Source: Rhodothermia bacterium (GTDB lineage: Bacteria > Bacteroidota > Rhodothermia > Rhodothermales > JABDKH01). Taken from it: a stretch of 37,528 nucleotides of DNA. The position numbers and the translations under genes were made by a program. Positions 36,523 through 37,528 of this stretch are shown one piece after another (within the stretch, counting starts at the first letter, position 1; each line of letters opens with the position of its first letter). The DNA is taken from contig JAHHLP010000450.1 in assembly GCA_018679295.1 (NCBI GenBank), positions 1-37,528 on the forward strand. The letters are read 5' to 3'. Below the pieces are notes generated by a model, which worked only from the letters and a program-made list of their open reading frames with translations, had not been told where the DNA came from and made no database searches.

Positions 36523-36873
36523 ATGCGAACGATAGTCATTGATTTGGCTCTGGCACTGCCGCCTTTTGTAGTAGGATTGGCCACTACCTGGCGAGTCATC
36601 TGGCCTCGTTGGAAGGTGTACGGGAAATGCTTAGCGTACGCGACTGGGGTAGCCGTTCTCTCTCTATTAATCGGGCACTGGAGCGTGGTCGTCGGATGGC
36701 TTCACCAAAGTCTGGGCATGGGGTTTCACATATGGTTCTGCAAACGTCATGGTTTTCGTTGGTATGCAGTGGAGGATCCTGCACGATACATTGCCTTAAG
36801 TAGGGCATCGGTGGGGATGGAAGATGCTGCAATAGAGAGCGGCCCGACAGAGCCGTGGAATGATCCGGGCTAA
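36523..36873 (+). CDS. Hypothetical small membrane protein (about 3 TM helices)
   Basis: 116-aa ORF with the hydrophobic segments IVIDLALALPPFVVGLATTW, LAYATGVAVLSLLIGHWSVVVGW and GMGFHIWF. No family recognised. Confidence 0.45.
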   Translation: MRTIVIDLALALPPFVVGLATTWRVIWPRWKVYGKCLAYATGVAVLSLLIGHWSVVVGWLHQSLGMGFHIWFCKRHGFRWYAVEDPARYIALSRASVGMEDAAIESGPTEPWNDPG

Positions 36874-36910
36874 TGCAGAGCACCACTATTACGGACATTG
36901 TCCACATTCC

Positions 36911-37528
36911 ATGAGTGACTTGTCTTCATCTGAACTCGAGCGAACAGCGAGGGCATACGAGAAACTGCTCGTGCCCGCGCTGTTTCGAGCGTGGGCCGAC
37001 CAAATGGTGTCTGTAGCTGATCTGCAGAGTGACGACGAAATTCTGGACGTCGCTTGCGGAACGGGTGTGCTTTCGCGAGCCGTCAAACGGCATCTCGGCC
37101 CCGGCGGATCTGTTACCGGTCTGGACCTCAACTCGGGAATGCTGGCGGTGGCCAGGGAGCAGGCAGGCGACATCGTCTGGCGCGAGGGTAATGCCGAGGC
37201 ACTTCCTTTCAACGACCACTCCTTTGACGCCGTAATGAGCCAATTTGGCCTCATGCTTTTCGAGTCTCCGGCTCAGGCGCTGCGTGAAATGTGGCGCGTG
37301 CTCCGTCCTGGAGGCCAACTGCTCGTTGCCGTATTCGATTCCCTCGACCAGGTGCCGGCGTACGCAAATGCCGCCAACGTTTACGAGCAGGTCGTCGGAT
37401 CGTCTGTCGGCAATGCGCTACGCTTCCCCTTTTCAATGGGCGACCCGGATGAGCTGAGAGTCTTGTTCGAACGTGCAGGGATTCCCGAGCCGACCGTAAA
37501 GACACGACGCGGATCAGCTCGTTTTGAC
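36911..37528 (+). CDS. Class I SAM-dependent methyltransferase, 3' end truncated by window edge
   Basis: Absent from the ORF track because there is no stop in the window. Hand translation from ATG 36911 gives MSDLSSSELERTARAYEKLLVPALF..., with SAM motif I ILDVACGTGVLSR, then G.DL...ML, FD.V.SQFGLM and LREM.RVLRPGG.L. The frame stays open through 37528. Confidence 0.85.
   Translation, partial: MSDLSSSELERTARAYEKLLVPALFRAWADQMVSVADLQSDDEILDVACGTGVLSRAVKRHLGPGGSVTGLDLNSGMLAVAREQAGDIVWREGNAEALPFNDHSFDAVMSQFGLMLFESPAQALREMWRVLRPGGQLLVAVFDSLDQVPAYANAANVYEQVVGSSVGNALRFPFSMGDPDELRVLFERAGIPEPTVKTRRGSARFD

Overview
Bacterial chromosomal window, roughly 55-60% G+C by eye. It looks Bacteroidota/Rhodothermota-like, because it has three T9SS-type C-terminal sorting domains and a PorV-family gene. 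Most of it is core housekeeping DNA around the replication origin. Layout: (1) 1-6.6 kb holds a T9SS-associated locus (5'-truncated CTD protein, PorV-like barrel, CTD-tagged PGRP-type peptidoglycan amidase, CTD-tagged Kelch propeller), with a membrane protein, an ABM-fold protein and a type-A chloramphenicol acetyltransferase-like gene in between. (2) 7.4-22.2 kb is almost entirely minus strand: TerC (plus), udg4-dnaB, coaBC, gmk, yicC, tRNA-Ser(GGA), frr, pyrH, tsf, rpsB, rpsI, rplM, one plus-strand ECF-like sigma gene, dnaN and dnaA. (3) 22.2-23.0 kb is an ~0.8 kb non-coding gap upstream of dnaA where gene orientation flips, and is the best oriC candidate. (4) 23.0-37.5 kb is all plus strand: yceD-rpmF-plsX-fabH-fabD-fabG, rlpA(SPOR), an M49-like lipoprotein peptidase, an AlkA-like glycosylase, then a run of small enzymes and unknowns (two GNATs, DUF1428, DUF1697, cupin, membrane proteins, 3'-truncated SAM methyltransferase). 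I found no CRISPR array, rRNA, transposase, integrase or recognisable defence or toxin-antitoxin module, and no convincing novel multi-gene system. The most unusual items are a family-4-like uracil-DNA glycosylase with only one cysteine and a hexapeptide-repeat N-terminal extension, translationally coupled to dnaB behind a perfect DnaA box; the DnaA-box-poor origin region with several perfect palindromes; a PG amidase abutting the PorV-like gene; and a strong orphan terminator hairpin downstream of the Kelch gene. All family assignments come from motif recognition by eye and need HMM or BLAST confirmation.
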